A stretch of 64,000 bases of DNA from Octopus bimaculoides (taxonomy: Eukaryota): NCBI RefSeq assembly GCF_001194135.2, contig NC_068984.1, positions 101,784,247-101,848,246 of the forward strand, given 5' to 3'. The notes under the pieces are model-generated. The model was not told the origin of the DNA and searched no databases. It worked only from the letters and a program-made list of their open reading frames with translations. Below, piece by piece: positions 39,101 to 52,545 of this stretch (its first letter is position 1; the number at the start of each line of letters is the position of its first letter). The position numbers were made by a program, and so were the translations under genes.

Positions 39101-42100
39101 AATGAGCTTGATGTAAATACTTCAGCACAAGTACCCGTTATAGAATAGGAACTGGTTAAATATAGACATTTCAGATCTGTTCATAGTCAAGATATTTAGA
39201 TTACAATGACCAGTCCAATTTCTTGCCAGTAGGGGCCAAAGGGTATAGGTAGCATTGCCTCTGTAACATTGGAATGGTGGTTGGACTTGCTGAGTTCCCT
39301 TGCTCTTCAATAGAGCTACTACAACCCAATATTTTTTATGGAGGATGGGTGGGGGGAGGATCACACATATTTCCTAACCATATAGTGTTGGATTCAGTCT
39401 CACTGAATGGCACAATAACACTGGCAAAATTCTTGTGAGTGAATTTGGTAGATGGAAACTGAAAGAAGCCAGTTGTGTGTGTGTGTGTGAGTGAGTGAGA
39501 GAGAGAGAGAGTGAGAGTGAGTGAGTGAGTGAGTGTGAGTGAGAGTGAATTTGTGTGTGTGTGTGTGTGTGTGCGTGTACATTGTCTTGACATCACTCTT
39601 GTGTACACCCTTGTCTCGACTATCTGTCAACAAATGCACGACCATACAAGCTATATTGTTTGCTTCTAGTTTTCTGTGAAAAAAAAATGTCTGACCATGG
39701 GAAATATTACCATGTTTGGAAATAGGCAAAGGTTGACAAGAGGAAGAGCATCTGGGAAGAAAATCTGCCATAACAAATTCTGTCTGGCTCCTACAATTAT
39801 GGAAATGTGGATGTTAAGATAATAATTATCATTATTTCATCATTCCATGATAATTGCTTTTAGGAATTTTGGAAAACCCATAGATATTATGAAATGGGTC
39901 ACTATATACCATCACAGCAGGATTTCTGAACAACATTAGTCATATGTGATGTGTCGAGCATTGCAATGTCTAGAGAAGATAGACTCATTTTGTTAACATT
40001 CATTGGACATTAAAGCTGAAGAAAAAATATTAGATGATGTTGCAATAGCAGATAAAGTGCAATAAACTGAAGTTGAATAGTGAAGGTGGCCAACCTACTC
40101 TGTTTAGATCGATGTTGGCTGTATGGTATTAGAATAAGTATTGGGAGAAGAGTCAACTTTATGGCTATTAACTGTTGAAATGACTGTCACTTGTAAATTA
40201 ATGATGGCTTTATTTCCACAAGGGTTATCTTCTTCTATAGTTAAAAAACAAAAGAAATCAGTTTAGGTCTCAAAGAAATGGTGCTTTATACAATTAAATG
40301 GTGGAGATAATGAAATATTTTGAAGAAGAAGAATTAAAAGGGAAATTGAAGATTTAGTTTTTTGCAAAGACTCTTCACTATTTAATGTTCAATCTAAGTG
40401 GAAAAGAATAAAATGCTTCCAAATGTTGTTTTACCATCATCATCAGCAGCAGCATTCTTCCATTTACTTTCCTATATACTGACTCAATGATAAATCATTT
40501 CTAGAACCAATTTCTAAGTCTCTACAATCAATTCAGGCTATCCCCACCATACATTATTATCCCTTTACATGTTCTTGAAGACATCAGCTTATGTCTCTCA
40601 TGTGAAAATAACTGTTTTCAAATTTACATGCATTCAAAACTATTACACAGTCATTCCTCACAATTGTGTCACACATGTTTAACCCATAAACTGCTGGGAT
40701 TTTGCTGTATGTAACACAAACTGCTGAGCAAATGGCAACTGATTAGTTCAGTGAACTTTTCCAAAGTCATTCCGCCAATCAACATCGATCTATCACTCGA
40801 AAAAAATACTCAGTGTTTCTTAACACCTTCTGTGATTGACTACACTGTTTCTAGGGTGAAAGGGTATCGTGTGCATACATTATAAGTCATCAAAATTAGG
40901 TCAGATCATGCCCTACTTCCGTGGCCACGCACGTGGCCTGTCGGCCACTGAGGTGACCCATCACAGTTTATGGGTTAACATTCACATCACACCTTTAAAA
41001 CTAATTCTACTTTTAATTTTTTCAATATGCAACTCGAAAGTTTCTGATGAGTTTTTTTATCAGCACTTAGCATTTTCATTGCCTCCTACCTGACTTCAAA
41101 ATAAGAGACTGTCAACCACTGGCACTAATATAAATATGCAGCTGTTTATTCTTTACCTCCTCTTGCAATTACCTCACTACAAATATAACTTTTTTGTTTC
41201 CACATCTAGATGCAAGCCTACCCAAACAGTCATATTTTGTACAAACAAGCTTTGCTACAACCCTCATCATTAGTTTTGACACATCAATAGTTATTCCTCT
41301 CTATAATATATCTTACCTTTCAAGGTATAAGCACATATCACTTACACTTATGCTACCTCTATCTCCTTCCTAATCTCCCCAGCTGTTATAGCATTTGTTT
41401 CCATTACTAGTAAAGAATATTTTGGTGAGATTAGCTTTGATCATAAATCTGCTTAATGAAAAGTGATATGGAGACAAACATCAACTTTCATTAGGTCTCA
41501 TCTTCATCAACAAAACTAAACACACTAAAATTGAGAAGAAAGCACATCATATCTAAAGGTAACTGAGACAACCATCAGACAACAAACAGAACTGGAAGGA
41601 TAAATCCAAATAAATATTATTGATCCATGGCAACAACTAAAGGCTTATATGACTATTTCAGTGGTCATCTGCCAGTTGAAACTAAATTTGTTATCCTAAT
41701 CCTTCCTCCTATTTTAAAGTTTTTCCGCTTTTTTTTTTGTCTTACATTACCACCCACTAATTTGTCAGATGGGCCGTGTGTAAAATACATAGGAAATTTT
41801 CACACCCAACACATAAGATGCCCAACAAGCCAGTTTGTTGAAAAGCTTAGTATTTAATTAGAGCTGAAACTATGACCTGTCTTTGCTATGAGAGTATTGG
41901 GTCTTACCACACTGTCTCTAGGACGGGCAATATGTTCTAAGATTTTGAATTTTAAAACATGTGGTCACAATTTTGGCTAACTGAGTGTTTTGTTGATGAT
42001 TTCTTCATTTGGCTGTGAAGACACTCCCACACAGGCTTGTAATTGTGATGATGATATTAGAGACAAAGATAGTGGGATGGTGGAGTAAAGATGATAAATA

Positions 42101-43883
42101 ATTTAAGGGAGAGAATTCACCCCTAATTACCAGCTAGGGAGTGAATAGAAGACAGAAAGAATGCATAAGCAAATATGTTTATTGATAAATCTCATAAAGG
42201 TTGTTGTTTTTCAGGCTTTATTCAAAAGAGTTGCTTAATATTTATCACTGGCAGCAGAATGACAACTGGTGAATTCAAGGTGGCTTTAAAATAATTTGCA
42301 CTATCTTCACTAAGAACATAAAATTAGGAGTCTTAAAGGAAACAAATGCAGATTTAGGGATTAGCTACCAGCTTAAAAACGCAAAAAGCTGTCCCAACTG
42401 TGTGTTTATGATGGGAAAGAAAACTCAGAGAAATGGATATTGACCTATTAAATGTTATGGAATGTAACAATAACCAGAAATTAGATTGGTTTTCAAGGAT
42501 TCAAACCAATTAGTATTTATCATGTACAAGTTGTTTGAATAATATCAACAGCCAAAGGACGGGATGGTCAGTGACCCACTTTGACTTGTGAGACTTTACA
42601 AAATAACTTTACAGGAACTTACATACAGAGCATTTCTCACCATAGAAAATGAGAAATTAGTGAAAGCTATGGTTGATGAGCTAACTGTTATGTCAAAACA
42701 GCTAAAAAAATTTATGTAAAGACACATCGCTAATGCTTCATCAGAAACTAACACTCCGCCAATAGCAATGAAAAAAGAGTTGGCTATTGCTTATCACAAA
42801 AGCAATTTAGAAACAAATAGGAAACTTTGAAGTGTATTATGGTAGCTGATCATGTAGATAACCCTCACAAACTGTGAAATTGAGATACAAAACATAAAAA
42901 GGTGAAGTCAATAAAATCTTATGTGAAGACTTCCAGATAGCATGTGTATGGCAGTATTTCTCACTGGACTAAACATTCTCCGTTTGCTGATTACGCCAGA
43001 AGTGCCTGTAACTGTCATACAAATGACTTCATTTCCTTTCACTAGTGTCCTATGGAAGACAATGATCACTGCAGCTTTTCCTTTCGTGTAACACACCTAT
43101 GACATGTATGTCAGCAGTGACACGCTGTTGATATTTATGAGACAAGCAATGGGCTGGAAAAACAAAAAAAAAAACTCTGCAATTTCTATCATAAATTTCA
43201 ACAGACTGGAATTCAAAAGTTCCCCATCACTGATCTAGAACATCACTAAAGGAAAGAGTGTAAACAAGTCCAGTGTTCCAATTTGTGAGAACATTAGGGA
43301 CAGCAATATGAAAAGACTTCTTGTTTCTTCAACTGTTAGACCAGCACTTTATAAAACAGAATATTGCAACGTTTTCAAGTTTGTTATTGTCTTTTATTGT
43401 AGATATAATCAAGAGAAAGCAATGGTTCACCATAACCTTTGCAGCCTCTAAGACCAGAGATATCAATAATGGTTTATGTTCAGTTAGAACATCTATAAAT
43501 CTATACCTACAAGAAAGACATGGTGATGGAATTCAAAAGATTTGACATTCTGGTGAGGGTTTGAGGAAAAAATGGTTAGTGCGAGATATAAAGATGAGTA
43601 GAGTATGAGTGACAAAATAAAGGATAAATAATCTCGAGTGGAAGTGATGTGCCTCAAGTTAGTCCAAAGGAGCAGAAAATGTAGAAGCTATAATAAGTAA
43701 GGTGAGAAAACTGAATAGGTTAGAGGTTGAACTGCATTGCAGAGTCAGTCTTTGCCAGTTAGTCAGATGGCTTTCTTCTGGATATGGAAGTTTGTGCAGG
43801 TAGCTAAACCATCTTAGATGTGGGAGCAGTACTCTGTTGTTGACATTAGAGCATCAAATGCAGTTATTTAACACATCTTTACT

Positions 43884-44190
43884 TGTGTGGCTTAGTGGTT
43901 AGGGTATTTTGCTCATACCAGGTCATCACTTCAATTCCCAGTGGTGTGTTATGTCCTTGGGCAAGATACTGTTTCATATTGCTCAAGTCAACTCAGCTGA
44001 CAAAAATGAATAGTATCTTTATTTCAATGGGCCAGCCTCGTCACATTCTGTCACACCGAATCTCCCTCAGAACAACATTAAGGATATGTATTTGTGGAGT
44101 GCCCAGCCATTTGCACATTAATTTCACAAGCAGGTTACTCTGTTGATTGAGTCAACTGGAACCCCCATCATTGTGACCGACGGAATGCTG
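43884..44190 (+). mobile_element. tRNA-derived SINE, same body as 33336-33713
   Basis: TGGCTTAGTGG head and cacttgcacattaatttcac-agcaggtt-ctctgttgat core. Confidence 0.7.
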
Positions 44191-44290
44191 GGTGTTTTTT
44201 CCAATAAGTAGTGCACAATGTGCACATTGCAATAAGGTCAACATGAAAATCATCTAGATAAAATGTCATGTGGAAATGAGTTAGTTTTGC

Positions 44291-44555
44291 TTATAGAAGT
44301 AACAGGAAATATCTGACTAGAATTTATAAAAGTATCAGAAATAACAATAGCACCTATAGAAGTAGTAGGAAACATCTAACAAACACCTATAGAAGTAACA
44401 GGAAACATCTAATTGTATCACTTATAGAACTAGCAGATAAACCTAACTTGGAACTTATAGAGGTAGCAGGAAACATCTAACTAGCATTTTAAAATAGGAG
44501 AAAACACCTAACTGTCACACTTACAGAAGTAGCAAAAAATAACAATAGCATTTAA
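44291..44555 (+). repeat. Degenerate minisatellite, ~32-bp unit
   Basis: About 8 units of cttatagaagtagcaggaaacatctaact. Confidence 0.75.
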
Positions 44556-45005
44556 AAAAAAAACTACACACACAATAAGGTGACTAAGTACATTTGACTA
44601 CAATCCAAAGTTAATAGCAACAGCTTATTTTGACTCATTAACACATGCAAAACACTTTGACATTTTAAAAATAATTTATTGCACATTCCTAATTTACTTT
44701 CAGTAAATAAATGTATTAATCCCCTGACCTTTTATAAGCATACAGTATAAAGAGGCTCTGTCTGAAAGCTAGAGCTAAAGGATGGATGCTTGAGTAGACA
44801 GTGTAAGGATATCAGTTGAGGAATAATTGATGGTTCATACCCAATCATCAATACGGAGTGTTCTTGCGAAATTCAGCTAAACGTTTGCTTTAAAACACGA
44901 GTTTAATACACATGATAAACAAGCAGAAAATTCAGTTGGAAGGTGAATAAAATTATGACACATGATGAATATAAATGATGAGAAAAAGAAAAAAATATGT
45001 AAAAT

Positions 45006-45052
<47 letters not shown>

Positions 45053-48000
45053 TATCAATTTTCTGTTAAAATCACAGCTTTAAAGTGTTTACTGACATTT
45101 TAGTCATCAAGCTCTTATGATACACTGACATCATATTTCTCTCCCTCTCTCATGCATGTGTGTGTGTGTGAGTGAGAGGGTGCATGTGTATTACTATTCC
45201 CACTCCCAATATAGAATTTTCATTAACTGTCACTGATTACTACATACACAGAACTGTCATATGATCAAAACCATATGTTACCATAAAGCTTCAAAACTAC
45301 TGCATGAAAACTGATTTTTACCTTTAATTCTGACTAGATAGAAATAGGCACCATGAGTGTCAGGTAATAGTTTTCTTTAGTCCTAACTTTGGATGAATTG
45401 AACTTCACTGAAGTTCATTCAGTTGCGATGCTGTGCTTCAAAAAGGAGAATATTCCAGTGTAATTTTTTCCTCTCTGCTCCTTCAAATACATAAGTGAAC
45501 TCAGCATTGCAAGTGAACAAAGCTGATCACTTTTACAGTGTTGAAAGTGTACTGTTGATATAAAACACCAAGTGGATTGATTCTCATTGGTTGAGTGCAG
45601 TCATGTGGATGGCTGTGTTGGTGCTTTTGATTTGAAAACTTAAAATTTTTACACTTTTTAAGATTTTTATAAGAGGAAGGCCTCCAAAATAAAGGGTCTC
45701 TATAGCAGCAGAAGAACAAGGTCTTAGATTTTCTGGTCAGTAATCTAGATGGTTGTTTCATAATGTGAAATTTCTCTGGAATTTCTCAGGTAAAGTTTGG
45801 AATTTTTAACCTATATGATGCCCAACATGGAGATTAAACCCACAACCTTATGATGAGTCTACCAGCCTACTACAACTCTCAAACACTGTCACTTCTTCAT
45901 ACAGAAAATGGTTTTCTCTGAAACCCACTACTTAGCTATATATTTCTACCAGACACTAATCTGCTGATTTAAATTGGATCATTAAAAGCATTTGCCTTGT
46001 CTAATTAGCCCATAATTTCACTCATCATTTCAGGAAATTGTCAAATTTAAAACATTTACAATCAAGCCAACCAAAAAAAAGCACCAGAAAGAAATTAAGA
46101 CTGTGTGGTTAAGCAGCTTGCTTTGCAACCACATGGTTTCAGGTTCAGTCCCACCATGAGGGTCACTTGGGTAACTCTCTTCTATTATAGTCCCAGGTTG
46201 ACCAACACCTTGCCTTGTCAGTGAATTGGATGGACAGAAACTGAGTGGAAGCTCTTTGCACAAGTGTGTGTATATATGTGTCTGTGAAGGTTTCCTCACC
46301 ACAGTGACAACTATTACTGGTTTATTTATGTCCCTGCAAATTAGCAGTTCAGCAAGAGAGATATACCAGACTTAAAATATAAGTACTGGGGTTGACTTGT
46401 CATAGTGGTGCCCCCACATTCCCATAGTCCAATAAGAAATGAGTAAAAGATATATATATATTGACCAGTTTGGAACTGTTGCAAATTTTCAACAATTTCT
46501 GAAAGTCTAAACTCAGAATATTCTAAGAGTTGAAGCAGCCATTCTCTAAGCAGTTCAATGTGAAATCATTGAAGAAAGTTTCTTTGTAAATTATTTATTC
46601 CAATACAGAAATGACAGATATTCCTAAAATTAAATCCGTGATATTTTGTGTTTAACATCAAATACTTCCTAATCCTTAAAGTAATTCAACGGGAGTTAGA
46701 CAACAAACTGAACCAGAAGTCAACTTACAGAAGTGGAACAGCCATGCAAAAATAGAATGATATCTAAAATGATTCTATATTGATCAGCTACAAACATTAA
46801 CTTAACCATTCAAAGCCTACAAACATTAACTTAACCATTCAACAATTTGAAAGAAATAGTAACTGTCAACACAAAATACACGTTACCCCACATAATATGT
46901 AACTGAAGACTAGAATATTATGAAAATATCTTAAACAATATGCTCTGCAAACATTATAAATCTAACATTATTATAAATTTTCAAACCATGAAGTTGAGTC
47001 TTTCTTCATATCCCTTGTACTGCTTTTGTCATTTTCTTTGGCTCCTTTAGCTCCCACATTAAAGTAATAAATGTACTGAATTATCAAAGCAATGAAAGAA
47101 CCTTTACATGAACAACCATTTTTGAGAAGCAGGCCATATGAGACATGACTCATCATCAGGTGGGTCACTCGACCAAAAACATTCAAGGTAATTTTTTTGT
47201 TTAGGCATGCCATTCAGAAAGTCCTGCAGGCAGCAGTTTGCCTGGCCTGTGACTGCACTACATTATTACTTGACTTAGAAATAGCAATGAAATCTCTACA
47301 AAGTCATGTCATACCATTATAAGTAAGAAAAGGACAGTCCAAATTACACTACGTCTGGGAAAAAGACAAGACAGCCATGACTAGAATGCCTTTAATCATG
47401 AGATTAAACAACAACTCATCAAATGTATAATGGAAAGAAAGACTGCCTGATAATCTAAGGTAGCAACACTAACCTTTATGAGGTCTAAATTATTGACGGT
47501 ATATTCTACGTTAATGAATTGTTAAGCAAACTAATCATTTTTGGTCAGATGAATAAATAGCTTTCACACTATGAGTGTATGGATTAAGATAATTATTGTC
47601 CCTTTTGTTAATTATGACTAAGCATCTCAATCTTACAAAAATAGAAACATTTCTTGGTCAACTGACAGCTGATTACCATCAGCATTATAATACCTTAGCA
47701 GACAGCCAAAATTTATGATAGGTGGGAACAGGAAGAGTGTAGTGGACTTAATCAACTCCACTAGTTCTTTATTGAAACTTATTGTATCGACAAAATAAAG
47801 ATGAATTTATTTAAACTTGAGGACATAACTAAATACTGTAAAGTCTGTCTTTCTGGCTTCACACACTAATAATAAAAAGGATTTGCAATTTTGGTACAGA
47901 GTCAGCTGTTTTTGATGGGAAGGGAAGTCGATCATATCTACCCCAGTACCTGACTGGTACTTATATTATCAGCCCCGAAACAATGAAAGGCAATGTCAAC

Positions 48001-49345
48001 CTCAGCAGAATTTTGGCTCAGAATGTAGCACACATTATCAATTCAGTCAGTTTGCCAGTTATAATAATAATAATAATTATAACAATAATAATAATATTAA
48101 TGGTTTCAAATTTAGGCACAAAGCCAGCAATTTCTAAATTATATCTGAATCTAAAGCACTTACTTTCACAGAAATCAAATTAAAAAAAAGTTTTGAAAAT
48201 TGAAATTAAAATGCAAAATTTACAATGAAATGTTTAAGAAAATAAAATTTATCTAAGTTTGAATTTTAATGTTTTTTTCTTTAAACTTTCATATTCCTTC
48301 ATATTTTGTTTTTTTGTATTTTGTTCAGAGAAACAACCCAATTTTATTAATTTTGAATTTCATGATAAAATTTTAAAAAAAGGCAATTAAAAAACAAAAA
48401 ATACTTGCACCCCCACCCTTTTATTAAGAGTACAGAAAGACTTGTGTATTTATTGTTTTTAACCTTTTCTCTTGACTAATTTTTCTTTGTGACAGAATGA
48501 CATACAAACAATAATATCCATGCACGCATACACACTTTGACAAATGAGTTTATTTTTAGCCTTTCTCTAAGGTGTCCCAGAAATATCAAAGCAGCAGCTG
48601 TGTGCAATCAACAACTTCCTTGTTTTGCTATGTTTATGTATATGTGTGTGCATGTGCGTTTGAGAGAGAGAGACAGAGAGTGTATGTTTATGTGTGGACA
48701 CGTGGAAATTTGTGCATGTGCACGTGAAAGAGAGAGTGTGCATGTATGCTCATGTGTGTACATGTGGAAATGTATGCATGTGTGTGTTTTAGTGTCACAA
48801 ATGAAAGTGTATTCAATTCATGATATAGAATTCATTTATAATAGCAATCTTCTCAAGGTTGCCTGAGTAAGAGAGTGAGTCATCAAATCAACTGATAACA
48901 TTATGTGCTTGTGTGTGTGTGTGTGTGTGGTTGTGTGTGTGTGTGTGTGTGTGTGGTTGTGTGTGTGTGTGTGTGTGGTATAATTTGCTCACTACACCAC
49001 TTACATTTTCTCTTTTCCGTAGCAGAGTTGTTTGTAAAGGTAAATAATATAGAGATATTCTTTCCCTCATCTTCAGGTATGTAGACCTCATCAGTACAGA
49101 TTCATGACCACATACATAATTAACGAATTCAATTATTGTGTCATCATCACTTTTTTAATGTTTACCTTCCCAAATTTGCATGAGTCATACGAAAGAGGCA
49201 GATTTTCTATGCTGGGGTACCCTTCTTGTCAGCAACCCTTCCCTGTTTCCAAGCAAGGTCATATTCCCGCATGGCCAGACATGACTGGAAACAAAGGACA
49301 ACACTTGTTTGCAACCATTATATAATGTCAAAGCCAGGAGACACC

Positions 49346-49385
<40 letters not shown>

Positions 49386-49392
49386 CTATCTA

Positions 49393-49441
<49 letters not shown>

Positions 49442-50498
49442 TTAGATATAGATATATATCTGTATATGATGGGCTTCTTTCAGTTTCCACCTACCAAATC
49501 CACTCACAAGGCTTTGGTTGGCCTGGTTTTAGAGTATAAGATGCTGGCGAAAGGTTTCACTCAGTAGGATTGAACCTAAGACCAGATGGTTGCTATGTGA
49601 ACTTCTTAACCACATAACATCCTGTGGCACTATCCTGTAAACAGGATATTAATTTCTTGCCAATGTATGTTTTAAGACAATGCCCTGTCATAATGCATGT
49701 ACTGTGTTCCTGTTTTTGCCTGAAGCTCCATTTAAATGTTATTGCTTTTTATACTCTTACTAAAATGACTGATGTATACTGTAATAATATACAGTCCTAA
49801 TTTTGTTTATATATTTATTTTCAAACTATTTCCTGCTAGTAGTATTAGTAGTAATATTACAATATAGTGCTACTATCTTACATCTTCCTTGCTATTGTTG
49901 CTACAATATACAAACATTATATGTACAAATACATACATATATACATATTTATACACAAATAATATTCATGTATTTTATAATGCCTAAATTCTCCAGCAAT
50001 TGTTGATACTGTTATTCTACCAAGGAGTCAACTTATTCCATTTTCTTTTCTGTATTAGTGATCTTTTGCTAGAGAATTGTGAAAATGCTAATGATATCAT
50101 TACTACTATGAGATTAAACCTATTCTCAAATGCTATTTATTCTGTAATTGAGTCATCCATGAAAGCTTCCAAACAGCTACCTTGTTTTTCACAAGTCAAT
50201 CATAAAATTACAGACATTTCAGCTATGACAATAACCACATAAAACTCAGTTTACTATAAATCTCTTTTGCAGACCCTTATCTTTTTAACTCCACTTAATA
50301 AAACAAAGGCCTTCTCATCATCTGAGATTCCTACAGGCAGCCTGCAATTCAGCCTGTTCAATCAGTTTACAATGCATATCATCACTTGTCTTGATTGTGA
50401 CAAGTTAAAGGCTTTTAGATTTAAAATATTTTTTCTACTATAGGTACAAGCACATTATTTACATTTGACGGATATTTGTCCTCATCTTGTTTGTTGTT

Positions 50499-50544
50499 AA
50501 CACAACATTTCAGCTGATACACCCTCCAGCTTTCATCAGGTGTC
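50499..50544 (-). ncRNA. Minimal type I hammerhead ribozyme motif
   Basis: GACAC-CUGAUGA-A-AGCUG(10-nt loop)CAGCU-GAAA-UGUU/GUGUU: conserved core, stem II, near-palindromic mini stem III, NUH triplet GUU, and a 5-bp stem I (GACAC/GUGUU). Confidence 0.7.
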
Positions 50545-50610
50545 TTTGGGAAATTTCGAACCTGGGTTCTCATTCCTAAGGTATTTTTCGATGTTATTAT
50601 TATAATTCAA

Positions 50611-50682
50611 GTCACTGCCTGGAATCGAACTTGGTATCTTGGGGTTAGTAGCCTGCACTCTTAACCACTATGCCATATGCCC
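50611..50682 (-). other. tRNA-derived Pol III promoter head of the hammerhead element
   Basis: GGGCATA-TGGCATAGTGG (A box)...GTTCGATTCC (B box) at tRNA-like spacing; no intact acceptor stem. Confidence 0.75.
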
Positions 50683-50700
50683 GTGAGCATATTTCCCCAA

Positions 50701-50743
50701 GACACCTGATGAAGGCTGGAGGGTATATCAGCCGAAACCTGTT
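50701..50743 (+). ncRNA. Hammerhead ribozyme motif with a damaged cleavage site
   Basis: GACAC-CUGAUGA-A-GGCUG(10-nt loop)CAGCC-GAAAC. A 3-nt deletion after GAAAC removes the NUH triplet and part of stem I. Confidence 0.6.
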
Positions 50744-52390
50744 AACAACAAACGAGATGAGGACCAATATCCGTCAAATGTAAATAATGTAAATAATGTG
50801 CATAATTCCTCATCTCTTAAATATAGAACTGAATAGGTACAAGGCCTGAAATTTGAGGTGAGGGGACTAGTTGATTACGTTGACCCCAGTGTTTCACTGG
50901 TACTTAATTCATCAACTCCAAAAGGACGAAAGACATAGTTGACCTCGACAGAATTTGAACTCAGAACATAAAGACCAATGAAATGCTGCTAAGCATTTTG
51001 CCTGGCATGCTAATGGTTCTGTCAGCTCACCACCCTTCTTTTTAAATTAACAAAAATAAATGAAACAAAAAAAGGATCTTATTGTTTATTTGCCTTCTTT
51101 TTGTTTTCTGTCCTTGTATTTTTAAACTGACTAGCCAATATCAATTCCATGACAAGATGGTAAAGCAAGAGACTAAATGTACAACAGCTTCTGGTTTCAT
51201 TAACTTTTTGTTGCAAAGTTATAATCTCACTAGAATCCACTTCTTCTATCCTTCCAGAATAAAATAAGTATCAGCAATATATTGGGATGGTTACTAACAA
51301 TTAGTCATATACACATGTAAAATGTTCTGTAAAATAGCTACACATGATTAAAGGTCAGATTACTGTTAGACTTTACTGAGGAAGTTGAATCATTATGAAA
51401 CATTCAACAGAGGAGACACTATGCAGACTCTGCAAACAAAGGCGGATGAGAGGAGTACACATGAATGTCAACCTAAAATCAGTGCATTTACAGTTCCATG
51501 TGGTTAAAATTTCTACAAGCACCAATTGGTAAACTACAAAGGTAGAATGTACTGAGTGACCAAAATGCTGAAGATAATGGTAACAGTTTTAAAAACAATT
51601 TGGGCCGAGCTCAGTGCCAAAGATAATGGTAACAGTTTTAAGAACAATCTTGGAAAAGGCGAATATGACAACCTACAATATTGATGATATTCTTGTAGCT
51701 GAAGTAACAGTGACAGTAAAAGAGGTGAGAGGCCATCTCATAAACTATGGATTGACCATAGAGTCATTGGAATCTTTGGAAGAAAGGCAATACTGGGACT
51801 TGAACAGAATGGAGAGAACTGATCTTCTAGAGGGAGAATTAGATCCTATAGGTGAGTCACGAGTAAAGTAAGTAGGCACTGCTTTCTGTGAGTGGAAAAC
51901 TAAATGGGCCCTACTTTAAATGCAAAACCGTCACACTGACATAAAATATCATTATTTCCAGAAATAAGTCGAAGCCATAGAAATCTAAACTAAATGCCCT
52001 ACCAGGCAGTGTTCAATAGAATGACATCTAAAACTATATTGCAATCGATTCTACTGATTACATGTCCAGTGTAAGAAATTTTTATTTTCAAGGGTCAAAA
52101 CAAATGAATCTGTAAGAAAATGATCAAAAGAAGGGTGAGTTGATATAAGGATTACCTATAAGGTTTAGCAGCTAAAAAGAAATCATTCCATCTACATCAA
52201 TTTCAAACAGACAATGACCAGCAAAAGTTCAACTGAACATAAACCAAATCAGTACCACCAGTTTCAGGGGTCCTTTGACAGTCATCAGTTCCACCTCCAC
52301 CTTCTTCTAATTTAAGTTATCAAAAGAAATATATATTTAATATAACCAAAAGACTTAAACATGGAAATTAGCTGAACTAGGATTGTATGC

Positions 52391-52545
52391 TTAGGTGTGG
52401 CTGTGTGATAAGAAGTTTGCTTCACAACCACACAGTTACAGGTTCAGTCCCACTGTGTGACACCTTGGGCAAGTGTCTTCTTCTATAGCCTAGGGCTGAC
52501 CAGTCTTTTGAGTGATAGACGAAAACTGAAAGAAGCCTGTTATGT
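52391..52545 (+). mobile_element. tRNA-derived SINE 5' part; many copies, e.g. 9529-9690, 46090-46260, 53405-53555, 58035-58190, 60905-61035
   Basis: GTGTGGCTGTGTG-TAAGAAG...GGTTCAGTCCCACTG...CCTTGGGCAAGTGTCTT recurs many times in the window. Confidence 0.7.

Larger units (their letters stand above)
50451..50832. mobile_element. tRNA-headed, hammerhead-containing non-autonomous retroelement with inverted arms (Penelope-like structure)
   Basis: Arms of ~100 bp are inverted (50451-50554 vs 50691-50790, ~90% identical). A tRNA-like head lies on the minus strand between them. An 11-bp direct repeat ATAGGTACAAG flanks the insert (50440-50450 and 50833-50843). Confidence 0.8.

Noticed and set aside
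41975-42040. Minus-strand SQPN peptide as MYLIP exon 1
   Set aside because: An in-frame stop follows after nine codons and there is no donor site.
39050-43600. Further LINE relics (minus-strand GGD-like and plus-strand SGHLPV motifs)
   Set aside because: The motifs are too short and degenerate to delimit without a profile search.
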